A stretch of DNA of 64,000 bases, taken from positions 22,510 through 86,509 of the forward strand of contig DATAXV010000112.1 of assembly GCA_036272915.1 (NCBI GenBank). Direction: 5' to 3'. The notes under the pieces are model-generated. The model was not told where the DNA came from. It did not search any database and worked only from the letters and a program-made list of their open reading frames with translations. Numbering within the stretch: the stretch's first letter is position 1; every line of letters starts with the position of its first letter. Below, piece after piece: positions 38,197 to 48,800 of this stretch. A program made the position numbers and the translations under genes. This DNA comes from Candidatus Dormiibacterota bacterium. Its GTDB lineage: Bacteria; Chloroflexota; Dormibacteria; Dormibacterales; Dormibacteraceae.

Positions 38197-38889
38197 TCAG
38201 CCGGGTTTGACCGAGGAGGAGGGGCAGTAGTCGTTGAGGGCGCAGGCCTCGCAGCGCGGCCGCTTGGCGTCGCAAACCCTCCTGCCGTGAAGGATCAGCC
38301 GGAGGGACAGCCCGGTCCACTCGACCGGGGGCACCATCCGGCACACGATCTGCTCGATCTTGACCGGGTCGGGCGTGTTGACCAGGCGAAGGCGGTTGCT
38401 GAGCCGGGTCACGTGGGTGTCGACCGCGAAGCCGGGGATGTCGAAGGCGACGCCGAGGATGACGTTGGCGGTCTTCCGGCCGACCCCGGGGAGGGTGACC
38501 AGGTCGTCCATGTTGCGCGGCACCTCGCCGCCGAAGCGCTCGACGAGGCCCCGGGCGCAGAGGATGATCGACTCCGTCTTGGCGCGGAAGAAGCCGGTCG
38601 GCTTGATCAGAATCTCGACCTCGCCGGGCACGGCGTCCGCCAGGTCGGCCGGCGTCGGGTAGCGCCGGAAGAGCTCGGGCGTGACCAGGTTGACCGACCT
38701 GTCGGTGGTCTGGGCGGAGAGGATCGTCGCGATCGCGAGCTCGAACGCGTTGCGATGGATCAGCTCGCAGGCGGCAGGGTACATCTCGGCCAGCCGGCGC
38801 ACGGTCTCCAGAGCCCGCTCCCGAGCCCCGACCGGCGCGCGCAGCGGCGGCTTCCGGCGCCGCTTGGTGGTGGCGCGGTCAACCGGCAA
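38197..38889 (-). CDS. nth: endonuclease III
   Basis: HhH-GPD segment LPGVGRKTANV, catalytic D in DTHV, and the C-terminal 4Fe-4S cluster CxxxxxxCxxCxxxxxC (CDAKRPRCEACALNDYC). Confidence 0.9.
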   Translation of the reverse strand: MPVDRATTKRRRKPPLRAPVGARERALETVRRLAEMYPAACELIHRNAFELAIATILSAQTTDRSVNLVTPELFRRYPTPADLADAVPGEVEILIKPTGFFRAKTESIILCARGLVERFGGEVPRNMDDLVTLPGVGRKTANVILGVAFDIPGFAVDTHVTRLSNRLRLVNTPDPVKIEQIVCRMVPPVEWTGLSLRLILHGRRVCDAKRPRCEACALNDYCPSSSVKPG

Positions 38890-39331
38890 GGAGACGCCTG
38901 GCGATGGCCGCGATCCGCCCCTGCTCGGCCTTGCCGGCGAGTCGCTCGCGCGCCGCCTTCATCACCGAGCCCATGTCGCGCGGCGAGGTGGCGCCGAGCT
39001 GGGTGACGACGGCCCGGACCTCGCGCTCCAGCTCGGCCTCGTCCATCTCGGCGGGGAGGTACGCGGAGAGCAGCTCGCCCTCCTTTCTCTCGCTCCGCGC
39101 CGACTCCTCCCGCCCGGCGGCGGCGAACGCCTCGGCGGCCTCCTGGCGGCGCTTGAGCTCGCGACGGACGACCCGCATCGCCGCCTCCTCGTCGAGCACG
39201 CCGGCGCCGGGCTCCTTGGCGGCGGTGACCAGCTCGCTCTTGAGCAGGCCCAGCGTGCGCACGGCGAGATCGTCGCGGCGCCGCCGGGCGGCGATGAGGT
39301 CGGCGTCGATGCGTTCGGTGAAGGCGGACAT
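38879..39331 (-). CDS. GatB/YqeY domain protein
   Basis: 150 aa. The segments DLAVRTLGLLKSEL... and MGSVMKAARERLAGKAEQGRI are typical of YqeY. Confidence 0.75.
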   Translation of the reverse strand: MSAFTERIDADLIAARRRRDDLAVRTLGLLKSELVTAAKEPGAGVLDEEAAMRVVRRELKRRQEAAEAFAAAGREESARSERKEGELLSAYLPAEMDEAELEREVRAVVTQLGATSPRDMGSVMKAARERLAGKAEQGRIAAIARRLLAG

Positions 39332-39357
39332 GGCTGCTATCTCTTCCTCGGTCAGTG

Positions 39358-40287
39358 TCAGTGGGCCTCGGCGTCCATGATGCCAGCCATGATCCGGCCG
39401 GCCAGGGCGCGGGTGGTCTCTCGGTCGCGCATCACGGTGTCGGCGACGAGGACGCGGCAGCCGACCGCCTCGACCTGGGCGCGGCGGTCCTCGTCGACGG
39501 CGTCGAGCACGAACCAGCCCGCCTGACCGCGGTACTCGGCGGCGACACGCTCGGGCGTCGCCTCGCCGCGCAGCAGCCGCAGCATCTCCGCGGTCGGGCC
39601 CTTCAGGGCGCGCCCGCCGACCAGCGGCGTGACCGCCACCGTCCGCTCCGGGCGGAGGCAGGGGCCGAGCAGGGAGAGGATGGGGCCGATGCTGATCAGC
39701 GGGTTGGAGGGCCCGATCACGACCAGGTCCGCCTCCTCCACCGCCGCCCTCGCCTCCGGGGCGGGGCGCGCCTGCTCCAGGCCGTCGAACTCGATGGCTT
39801 CGAGCTTCGGATGCAGCCGCTCGCGGACGAAGTACTCCTGGAAGGAGAGGCGACCGCGATCGGTCACGAAGAAGGTGCGGAGGCTGTCGTCGGTCGCCGG
39901 CAGCACGTGGCTGGCGATTCCCAGGCGGCGGGACAGCTCGGCGATCACGTCGGTCAGGCGCCGGCCCTGGCTGAGCCGAGCCGTCCGGAAGACGTGGAAG
40001 GCGAGGTCCCGGTCGCCGAGGTGGAACCAGGTCGATTCACCGAGACGCCCCATCTGGTCGAGGACGGCGCTGGTGTCGTCGACGACGCCATAGCCCCTGG
40101 CCTCGTCGAAGATGCCGCCCAGGCGGAAGAGGACGGCGTCGGTGTCCGGGCAGATGCGCAGTCCCCAGTGGTCGAGGTCGTCGCCGGGGTTGGTCACGAT
40201 CGAGAGGTCGCCGGGGGCCAGCAGTTCCTGGAAGCCGCCCGCCAGCCGGGCGCCTCCCGTCCCTCCGGCGAGGAGGGTCACCTTCAT
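39358..40287 (-). CDS. cofD: 2-phospho-L-lactate transferase (F420 biosynthesis)
   Basis: Start at MKVTLLAGGTGGARL (ATG 40287). The GPSNPLISIGPIL motif is present. Confidence 0.85.
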   Translation of the reverse strand: MKVTLLAGGTGGARLAGGFQELLAPGDLSIVTNPGDDLDHWGLRICPDTDAVLFRLGGIFDEARGYGVVDDTSAVLDQMGRLGESTWFHLGDRDLAFHVFRTARLSQGRRLTDVIAELSRRLGIASHVLPATDDSLRTFFVTDRGRLSFQEYFVRERLHPKLEAIEFDGLEQARPAPEARAAVEEADLVVIGPSNPLISIGPILSLLGPCLRPERTVAVTPLVGGRALKGPTAEMLRLLRGEATPERVAAEYRGQAGWFVLDAVDEDRRAQVEAVGCRVLVADTVMRDRETTRALAGRIMAGIMDAEAH

Positions 40288-40379
40288 TCGCGCAATGATG
40301 CCGCTCCCGGCCCCCACTCCGCCGACCGCGAGCGTCCCGGCGACATCGTTCCGACACAGTTGCGGCCGACGATCCGCTC

Positions 40380-41073
40380 ATGTCCACGCCGCTCGGCGCC
40401 GCCGGCACGCCCCGCCCGCCGGGGATGGCGATGCCGGCACTCGTGTGGCTGGCCGGCCTGGTCGTGTTCTTCGGTGGCCAGATCGTGGTCGGACAGGCCT
40501 GGCTTCCCGGCTACAGCTGGACGCGCTTCAACATCAGCGACCTGGGCGCCGTCGGCTGCGGTCCGGCGCGACGGCGCCGGCTACGCCTGCTCCCCGCTGC
40601 ACTCCCTGATGAACATCTGCTTCGCCGTCACCGGCGTCCTCATCATCCTCGGCGTGCTGCTGGCGCAGCATGCCTGGGGGACGTCGTTCTGGACCCATGT
40701 CTCCAGAGGTCTGCTGCTGCTGGCCGGGGCCGCCTACGTGCTGGTCGCGCGCGAGCCGGAGGACGTGAACCTCGACCTGCACGTGCTCGGCGCCCTCGTC
40801 ATCCTCTTCCTCGGCAACACCGGGCTGATCCTCGCCGGGCTGGTGCCGGGCAGGGCGCCGCTGGCGCGGATCAGGGGGTGGTCGATCGGGCTCGGCCTCC
40901 TCGGCCTGACCGCCTCCGTTCTGTTTCTCGGGCACCACTACCTCTTCCTGGGCATGGGCGGGATGGAGCGGGTCGCCGTCTATCCCCTGTCCGCCTGGAC
41001 GCTGATCGCGGCCCTCGGCGTGCTCCTGCCCGCTCGAGCGGCGCAGCCCACGGCCGGGCCGGTCCCGACCTGA
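40380..41073 (+). pseudogene. DUF998 family membrane protein with a frameshift
   Basis: The first TM helix and YSWTRFNISDLGAVGCGP lie in the frame of 40380. The continuation DGAGYACSPLHSLMNICFAVTG and four more TM helices lie in the frame ending at 41073. The switch falls between about 40555 and 40580. Confidence 0.55.
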
Positions 41074-41418
41074 GGCGGAGGGATGAGGTGTGGAAGGACG
41101 CCCCGCCGGACGCCCTTCCACGGAGAACGGAAAGAGGTGCTAGAGGAGAGATCCAGGGTGCTTCGAGCGGTCGTCGACGGACGTCACCCGCCCCGGATGC
41201 CGCCGCCAGACCGGCGGCGACGGGGTCGATGCGGCCGGTTCGCCGGCCGCCGCCACGAGCATCAGCGAGCTCACGCCCATCTCCTCCGAACCCGCATGTT
41301 GTAGGAACCCGCACTGAGGAATACACCGAGGCGTTACGCACCCACGGGCGGCGTCGATCGGCTGCGGCCCCGGACCTCGTCGCGTGGGCCTCCGGCGGCG
41401 AAGTACAGTGGCGACGAG

Positions 41419-42735
41419 ATGGCAGACCTGGAGCAGGAGTACCGCCGTCATTTCGCCGCCTCGGGTTCGCTCGCCAGCCGGGCGCGCGAGGTGCTGCCGG
41501 ACGGCCTGACCCACGACAGCCGGCGCTTCGCCCCCCATCCCGTGTACATCGCCCGATCCGAGGGTCCGTACAAGTGGACGGAGGAGGGCGATCGCCTGAT
41601 CGACTACGGGATGGGCCATGGGGCGCTGATCCTCGGACACGCCAACCCCGCCGTGGTCAGGGCCGTCCAGGACCAGGTGGCGAAGGGCACGCACTTCTCC
41701 GCCTCCCACCGCCTGGAGGTTGAGTGGGCGGAGCGCGTCCGGCGGCTGGTGCCCAGCGCCGAGCTGGTCCGCTTCACCGCCAGCGGCACCGAGGCGACGA
41801 TGCTGGCCATGCGGCTGGCCCGGGCGCGCACCGGCCGCCCCCGCATCCTCAAGCTCCAGGGGCACTTCCACGGCTGGCACGACGAGGCCCTCGTCGGCAG
41901 CCGGATGCCCTTCGACGAGCTCCCCTCGCTCGGTCTCAACCCGGGCACGGTGGAGATGGCGAAGGCGATCCCGCAGAACGACGTGGAGTCGCTCGAGCGC
42001 GAGCTGGCCACCGAGCAGTACGCGGCCATGATCCTGGAGCCGAGCGGCGCGTCCTGGGCGACGGTGCCGCTGGCCGAGGGCTATCTGGAGGCGGTGCGGC
42101 GCGCGACCGCGTCGACGGGCACGGTCCTCATCTTCGACGAGGTCATCACCGGCTTCCGGCTGGCGCCTGGCGGCGCCCAGGAGCACTTCGGGATCACGCC
42201 CGACCTCACCTGTCTGGCCAAGATCCTGGGCGGCGGCCTCCCCGGTGGCGCGGTCGCCGGCTCGGAGCCGATCGTCGGCCTGCTCCGCTTCGACGGAGCC
42301 GGCAAGCGGGTCGTCCAGCAGGGCACGTTCAACGCCAACCCGCTCTCCGCCGCCGCCGGCATCGCCGCGCTCGACCAGATCGTCGACGGCGCCCCGCAGC
42401 GACGGGCGACGGCGCTGGCCGAGCGGCTCTGCGCGAGGGTGAACCAGATGCTCGAGTCGCTGGACCTGCCCGGGTGCGCCTGGAACGTCGGCTCCCTCTT
42501 CCACATTCATGTCGGCGACACCTGCCCGATCTGGATCGAGGAGGGGAAGATCGCCGGGGAGCTGGACGTCCCCGCGCTGCTCACCGGCATGCCCCACCTC
42601 CACGAGGTCAGGGAGGGTCTTCTGCTCAAGGGCGTCGACCTCTTCAGGGACGGCGGTCTGGTCTCGGCCGTCCACACCGAGGCCGACATCGACCACACCA
42701 TACAGGCGCTGGCGGAGACGCTCCAGGAGCTCTGA
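41419..42735 (+). CDS. class III aminotransferase (glutamate-1-semialdehyde 2,1-aminomutase-like)
   Basis: Motifs FTASGTEATMLAMRLAR, IFDEVITGFR and CLAKILGGGLP (PLP lysine). Confidence 0.85.
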   Translation: MADLEQEYRRHFAASGSLASRAREVLPDGLTHDSRRFAPHPVYIARSEGPYKWTEEGDRLIDYGMGHGALILGHANPAVVRAVQDQVAKGTHFSASHRLEVEWAERVRRLVPSAELVRFTASGTEATMLAMRLARARTGRPRILKLQGHFHGWHDEALVGSRMPFDELPSLGLNPGTVEMAKAIPQNDVESLERELATEQYAAMILEPSGASWATVPLAEGYLEAVRRATASTGTVLIFDEVITGFRLAPGGAQEHFGITPDLTCLAKILGGGLPGGAVAGSEPIVGLLRFDGAGKRVVQQGTFNANPLSAAAGIAALDQIVDGAPQRRATALAERLCARVNQMLESLDLPGCAWNVGSLFHIHVGDTCPIWIEEGKIAGELDVPALLTGMPHLHEVREGLLLKGVDLFRDGGLVSAVHTEADIDHTIQALAETLQEL

Positions 42736-42764
42736 AACGGAGCTCCTGCAGCCGGATCAGGCGG

Positions 42765-43244
42765 TCAGCCCGCCTTCCGGATGATCTCCATCGCCTCGCG
42801 GACATGGCGCTGCGCGTCCAGCTGCGAGGAGAAGAGGTGGCGGATGACGCGCTCCCGGTCGACGACGTAGGTGACCCGGCCCGGCATCAGCCCGAGCAGC
42901 GAGCGGGCACCGTACCTCTTGCGCACCTTGCCCCCCTCGTCGCTGAGCAGGATGAAGGGGAGCTGGTGGTGGCCGGCGAAGGCCTGGTGCGATGAGACCG
43001 AGTCGGAGCTGACGCCCACCACCTCGGCCCCCGCCTTGCTGAACACCTCGTAGCTGTCGCGGAAGGCACAGGCCTCGGCGGTGCAGCCGGGGGTCTCGTC
43101 CTTGGGATAGAAATAGAGGACCACCGCCTTCTCCTTGACCAGCTCGGAGAGGGTGACGTCCTTGCCGTTCTGATCGGGAAGGGTGAAGTCCGGGGCGAGC
43201 GATCCGACCTCGGGCCGGACCACCGCAGCCGCTTGGTCACTCAT
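42765..43244 (-). CDS. bcp: thiol peroxidase / peroxiredoxin Bcp
   Basis: The motif FYPKDETPGCTAEAC is present. Confidence 0.85.
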   Translation of the reverse strand: MSDQAAAVVRPEVGSLAPDFTLPDQNGKDVTLSELVKEKAVVLYFYPKDETPGCTAEACAFRDSYEVFSKAGAEVVGVSSDSVSSHQAFAGHHQLPFILLSDEGGKVRKRYGARSLLGLMPGRVTYVVDRERVIRHLFSSQLDAQRHVREAMEIIRKAG

Positions 43245-43255
43245 GACTCAGAACG

Positions 43256-43933
43256 TTACGGCAGGCGCCAGTCGATGGGCGGCGCCCCGAGCTCCTCCAG
43301 CAACCGGTTGGTCCGGCTGAAGGGCTTCGACCCGAAGAACCCGGCGTGGGCGGAGAGCGGGCTGGGGTGGGCGGACTCGATGCACGGGATGTCCTCGAGC
43401 ATCGGCACCAGCGATCGCGCATCCCGACCCCAGAGGATCGCCACCAGCGGCTCGGTGCGCATGGCCAGGGACCGGATCGCCTGCTCGGTCACCTCCTCCC
43501 AGCCCTTGCCCCGGTGCGAGGCCGGCTTGCCCGGCTCCACCGTCAGCGACCGGTTGAGGAGCAGCACGCCCCGCTCGGCCCAGGGGCTCAGGTCGCCGGT
43601 GGACGGCGTCGGGAAGCCGAGGTCGTCGGTGTACTCCTTGAAGATGTTGACCAGGCTGGCCGGGATCCGCCTCACGTCCGGGGCCACCGAGAAGCAGAGG
43701 CCGACGGGGTGTCCCGGGGTCGGATAGGGATCCTGGCCGACCAGCAGCACGCGCACGTCGTCGAAGGGCTGGTAGAAGGCGCGGAGGACGTTGGCGCCGG
43801 CGGGAAGATAGCGCCGGCCGGCGGCGACCTCGGCGCGGAGGAAGTCGCCCATCAGACCGATCTGGCCGGCGACCGGCTCCAGGGCCTCGGTCCAGCCGGC
43901 GTCCATCACCTTCGGGAGAGCTCGAGGGGCCAC
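43256..43933 (-). CDS. ung: uracil-DNA glycosylase (family 1)
   Basis: Motifs [22 protein letters not shown] and HPSPLSA. Confidence 0.9.
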   Translation of the reverse strand: MAPRALPKVMDAGWTEALEPVAGQIGLMGDFLRAEVAAGRRYLPAGANVLRAFYQPFDDVRVLLVGQDPYPTPGHPVGLCFSVAPDVRRIPASLVNIFKEYTDDLGFPTPSTGDLSPWAERGVLLLNRSLTVEPGKPASHRGKGWEEVTEQAIRSLAMRTEPLVAILWGRDARSLVPMLEDIPCIESAHPSPLSAHAGFFGSKPFSRTNRLLEELGAPPIDWRLP

Positions 43934-44021
43934 GGGCCCAGATCATAGCGCCGATCACCGAAGGCCTCGGTCGGGCCGCGGCGGGCCCGGGGCGCTCGGC
44001 GCGAGCGCCCCGGGGCGGCGG

Positions 44022-44603
44022 CTATGCGGTTCGGACGGACTGGTAGGTGAGGAGGGCAAGGCTCTGACCGACGGTCCTGGCGTGGAGGAGGCGCATAGGT
44101 TTCATGCTGCTGGTCTCGCCGAAGAGGCGCCGCCCGGCCCCGACCACCAGCGGGTAGGTCATCAGGCGAAGCTCGTCGACGAGGTCGTGCTCGATCAGCG
44201 TCGGCACGAGCCGTCCGCTCGCGTAGACGACGATCTCGCCGCTCACCTGCTGCTTCAGCGTCGAGACCTCGTCCACCACCTCGCCCTTCAGCACCGTCGA
44301 GTTGCTCCAGGCGAGGGGGTTCTCGAGGGTGGTGGAGACGACGTACTTGGGCATGCGGTTGAGCCGGTCCGGCAGCGCCCCACCGCGGGATGGGAACCGT
44401 GCGACGAAGTACTCGTAGCTGCGCCGGCCCAGCAGCAGCGCCTCGGCGCCCTGCGCCTCGGCGGTCAGCGCCTGGAACCACTCCTCGCGATCCCCCTCCT
44501 CGATTCGGGCGAACCAGTCGCCGCGCCCCAGGTCCTCCACACCCGTCGGGTCCTGGACGACCCCGTCGAGAGAGATGTTCTCGCTAACAACTATCCGTCC
44601 CAT
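44022..44603 (-). CDS. dihydrofolate reductase-family (RibD C-terminal domain) protein
   Basis: ISLDGVV at the N-terminus. The length and pattern fit the RibD_C family. Confidence 0.75.
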   Translation of the reverse strand: MGRIVVSENISLDGVVQDPTGVEDLGRGDWFARIEEGDREEWFQALTAEAQGAEALLLGRRSYEYFVARFPSRGGALPDRLNRMPKYVVSTTLENPLAWSNSTVLKGEVVDEVSTLKQQVSGEIVVYASGRLVPTLIEHDLVDELRLMTYPLVVGAGRRLFGETSSMKPMRLLHARTVGQSLALLTYQSVRTA

Positions 44604-44733
44604 GTCGGTTCTCCTTTGATGGCGTTGTCGGGTACCACTGGTGTAGAAACCGCGACATCGGAGAACTGGGCGCGCATCGACCGCTCAGTTGGCCCCCCGG
44701 CCGGTGTCCATACGGACGGAAGTGCGACACAGT

Positions 44734-45766
44734 ATGGAAAGAGGTGAAGCGACGGCGGTGGCAGGCGACCTGATGTCCCGAGCCCGCGCGGGTGACAGCG
44801 ACGCGTTCCGACAGCTGACCGAGCCCTATCAGCGCGAGCTGGAGGTGCACTGCTACCGGATGCTGGGCTCGCTCCAGGACGCCGAGGACGCCCTGCAGGA
44901 CACGCTGCTGGCCGCCTGGCAGGGCCTCGACGGGTTCCAGGGGCGCGCGTCGATCCGCACCTGGCTCTATCGGATCGCCACCAACCGGTGCCTCAACGCG
45001 CGCCGATCCGCGAGCCGGCGCCCGGCCATGGAGTGGAACCTGCCCAACGTCGAACCGCCCGAGCCGACCCGGCTCGGCGAGGTCGTCTGGCTCGAGCCGT
45101 ACCCCGACGCCCGCCTCGAGAGTGCGATGGACGCGCGGCCGGGCCCCGAGGCCCGCTACGAGCAGGCCGAGTCCATCTCGCTCGCGTTCGTCACCGCACT
45201 CCAGGTCCTGCCCCCCCCGGCAGCTCGCCGTGCTCGTCCTGCGCGACGTCCTCGGACTCCACGCGGGCGAGGTGGCCGACATGCTCGACTCGACCGTCGA
45301 ATCCGTCAACAGCGCCCTCAAGCGAGCCCGGGCCACGCTGCAGCGCAGGCTCCCGCCGGCCGCCGACCGGGAGCCGCCTCCAGGCCTCGACTCACCCTCC
45401 GAGGACGCGATCGTGGAGAGGTTCGTCCGCGCCTGGGAGACCGCCGATCTCGACGCGCTGGTCGCCCTTCTGACCGACGACGTCTTCATCTCGATGCCGC
45501 CGATACCCCTGGAGTACGAGGGGCGTGACGTCGCCGCCCGCTTCTGCGCCACCATCTTCCGCGCCGGCCGGAGGTTCGAGCTCGTGCGGACGCGGGCCAA
45601 CGGCCAGCCCGCCTTCGGCGCGTACCTGCGCGACCCCGACGGCATCAGCCACGGGGCCGGGCTCTACGTCCTGACCCTCACCGGCGATCGAATCGGCGCC
45701 ATGAGCCGCTTCGACAACGACCTGCTCCCCCGGTTCGGGCTACCGCGATCGCTCCCAAGCCGATAG
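44734..45766 (+). pseudogene. ECF sigma factor with a SnoaL-like C-terminal extension (ECF41/SigJ-like), frameshifted at a C8 homopolymer
   Basis: Sigma-2 region AFRQLTEPYQRELEVHCYRMLGSLQDAEDALQDTLLAAW lies in frame 1, up to ALQVLPPP. Sigma-4 RQLAVLVLRDVLGLHAGEVADMLDSTVESVNSALKRAR and the ~130-aa extension lie in the next frame. The junction is CCCCCCCC at 45211-45218. Confidence 0.75.
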
Positions 45767-45846
45767 CCGCCGGCGCCGCGGCGCTGTCGCGCGCCCGACC
45801 GGGCCGGACTCGCTCGCGAACGGGTCTTGGTACGATCCGGGCCACG

Positions 45847-48800
45847 GTGCCCGATTTTCTCGACGCCGTCGCCTCTCGCACCGTCGTCTTCGACGGCGGC
45901 ATGGGGGCGACGCTGGAGATGTTCGATCTCACCCCGCAGGACTACGGCGGCCTCCAGGGCAAATGCCACGAGGCGCTCGTCCTGAATCGCCCCGACGTGA
46001 TCGAGGGCGTGCATCTCTCGATGCTCGACGCCGGAGCCGACGTCCTCGAGACCTGTACCTTCCAGGCCTCGCGGCTGAAGCTCGCCGAGTGGGGCCTGGA
46101 GGCGCACACGCTGGAGATCAACCGCCGGGCAGCGGAGATCGCGCGGAGGGCGGCCGGATCCCATCGCTTCGTCGCCGGCTCGATCGGGCCCACCGGACAG
46201 CTCCCCGCCTCGGACGATCCCAGCCTCGGCCAGATGACCTTCGCCGACCTGGTCCCGATCTTCCGGGAGCAGGCCGAGGGGCTGCTGGTGGGTGGTGCCG
46301 ATCTCCTCATCATCGAGACCGCCCAGGACATCCTCGAGGTCAAGGCGGCGATCTTCGGCGCCCGGGAGGCGTTCCGCGCCACCGGCCGCGAGGTGCCCAT
46401 CCAGTGCAGCGTATCCCTGCTCGCCCAGGGCGGGACCATGCTCCTGGGCACCCCCATCGACGCCGTGCTGACCACGCTCGAGGGGCTGCGCGTCGATGTC
46501 GTCGGCCTCAACTGCTCGACCGGGCCGGAGGCGATGCGGGACGCGATCCGCTTCCTCGGCGAGAACAGCACCCGCCCGATCCACTGCATTCCCAACGCCG
46601 GCATCCCGCTCCAGGGCCCGAACGGCGAGACCATCTTCCCGGAGGGGCCCGAGCCCTTCTCGGCGACGCTCGGTGAGTACGTGGAGCGGTTCGGTGTCGG
46701 CATCGTCGGCGGCTGCTGCGGCACCACCCCCGACCACATCCGCGCGGTGGTGGAGAGGGTCCGGCCGGTCGCGGTCCGGCCCCGGCCGCCGGCGGGAGAG
46801 GCGCGGCTCTCGAGCATGATCAGCTCCGCGCCGCTGGCCCAGGAGCCCGCCCCCACCATCGTCGGCGAGCGGGTCAACTCCCAGGGCTCACGGCGGGCCA
46901 AGCGCATGCTCCTCGCCGACGACTACGACGGCCTGCTGCGCATCGCCGAGGACCAGGTCCAGGGCGGCGCCCACGTCCTCGACATCTGCGTCGCCCTGAC
47001 CGAGCGCCAGGACGAGGCCGAGCAGATGCGCCAGCTCTGCAAGCGCATCTCGCTAACGCAGCCGGCGCCGATCCAGATCGACTCGACCGAGCCCGACGTC
47101 CTTCGGATCGCCCTCGAGCAGATCCCCGGGCGCCCGATCATCAACTCGATCAACCTCGAGGCGGGCCGGGCCAAGCTCGACCTGGTCACGCCGATGGCGA
47201 TCGCCCACGGCGCCGCGCTGATCGCCCTCACCATCGACGAGGTGGGGATGGCCAAGACCGCCGAGCGCAAGCTCGAGGTCGCCCGGCGCATCCACCAGCT
47301 GGCCTGCGAGGAGCACGGCCTGGATCCCCGCTTCCTGATCTTCGACGCGCTCACCTTCACCCTGACCACCGGCGACCAGGAGTGGCGGCACTCGGCGATC
47401 GAGACCATCGAGGGCATCCGGCGGATCAAGGCGGAGCTGCCCGAGGTGCGCACCTCGCTCGGCGTCTCCAACGTCTCCTTCGGCATCTCGCCCCGCGCCC
47501 GCGCGGTGCTCAACTCCGTCTTCCTCCACCACTGCGTCGAGGCCGGGCTGGACCTGGCCATGGTCCATCCCAACGACATCACGCCCTACCCCGAGATCCC
47601 GGCTGACGAGCGCGAGCTCTGCGACGACCTCGTGCTGGACCGTCGCGACGACGCCCTCGAGCGGCTCATCGGCCACTTCGAGGCGCAGGGTGGCGAGCAG
47701 GCCGTGGAGATGGCGGACGCGACCGAGGGGATGGAGCCGGAGGAGGCCCTCCACCACCACATCCTCCGCCGCCGCAAGGAGGGCGTCGAGGACTGGATCG
47801 ACCGCTCGGTGGAGAAGATCGGCGCCGTCCCGACACTGAACGACGTACTGCTGCCGGCGATGAAGGAGGTCGGCGACAAGTTCGGGGCCGGCGAGCTGAT
47901 CCTGCCCTTCGTCCTCCAGTCGGCGGAGGTCATGAAGCGCGCGGTGGCCCGGCTCGAGCGCTACCTGGATCGGATCGAGGGCTACACCAAGGGCACGGTG
48001 ATCCTGGCCACCGTCTTCGGCGACGTCCACGACATCGGCAAGTCGCTCGTCAACACCATCCTCAGCAACAACGGCTACACGGTCGTCGACCTCGGCAAGC
48101 AGGTGCCGATCGGCACCATCGTCGACGCTGCCAAGGAGCACAAGGCGACGGCGATCGGCCTGTCGGCGCTGCTCGTCTCAACCTCGAAGCAGATGCCGCT
48201 CTGCGTCGCCGAGCTGCACCAGCAGGGCCTCGACTTCCCGGTCCTGCTCGGCGGCGCCGCCATCAACCGCGACTTCGGCCTCCGCTGCCTCTACCCCATG
48301 GGACAGGAGTCGGACGAGGTCTACGAGCCCGGCGTCTTCTACTGCAAGGACGCCTTCGAGGGGCTCCACCACATGGAGGAGCTGGTCGATCCGGACGCGC
48401 GGGCGAGGCTCCTCGGCCAGGTCAGGGAGCAGGCGCGCCGGCTCAGGGAGCGACCTGCCGCCGCGCCCGCCGCGCCCACCGACGACGACTCGGTGCGCTC
48501 GGCCGCCCGGATCGACGTGCCGGTGCCGACGCCACCGTACTGGGGCGCCCGCGAGATCCCGGTCGGACTCGACGAGATCTACCCGCACATCGACACCCAC
48601 GTCCTCTTCAAGCTGCACTGGGGTGGCCGCGGCGTGAAGGGCGAGGCCTGGCAGCGGCTGGTGGGCGACGACTTCATGCCGCGTCTGGAGCGGATGTGGC
48701 AGGAGCAGGACTACCTCTGCCCTCGGGCAAAGCTGGGCTACTTCCCCTGCAACTCCTCCGGCAACGAGGTGATCCTCTGGGACCCGGAGGATCCGGATCG

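Noticed and set aside
41074-41418. Possible gene or RNA in the 345-bp spacer before the aminotransferase gene
   Set aside because: Only short Arg-rich ORFs are present, together with one imperfect hairpin (GTGGAAGG...CCTTCCAC). There is nothing I could support. It is left unannotated.
44689-45766. Programmed ribosomal frameshifting in the ECF sigma gene
   Set aside because: A +1 C in a C8 run has no associated slippery heptamer or stimulatory structure that I can see. A homopolymer error or mutation is the simpler reading. It is kept as a finding only for the tract-length question.
45767-45846. Cobalamin or SAM riboswitch upstream of metH
   Set aside because: The spacer is only 80 nt, with no B12-box or SAM-IV-like conserved elements visible. 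A TACGAT -10-like hexamer close to the GTG suggests a short or absent leader instead.
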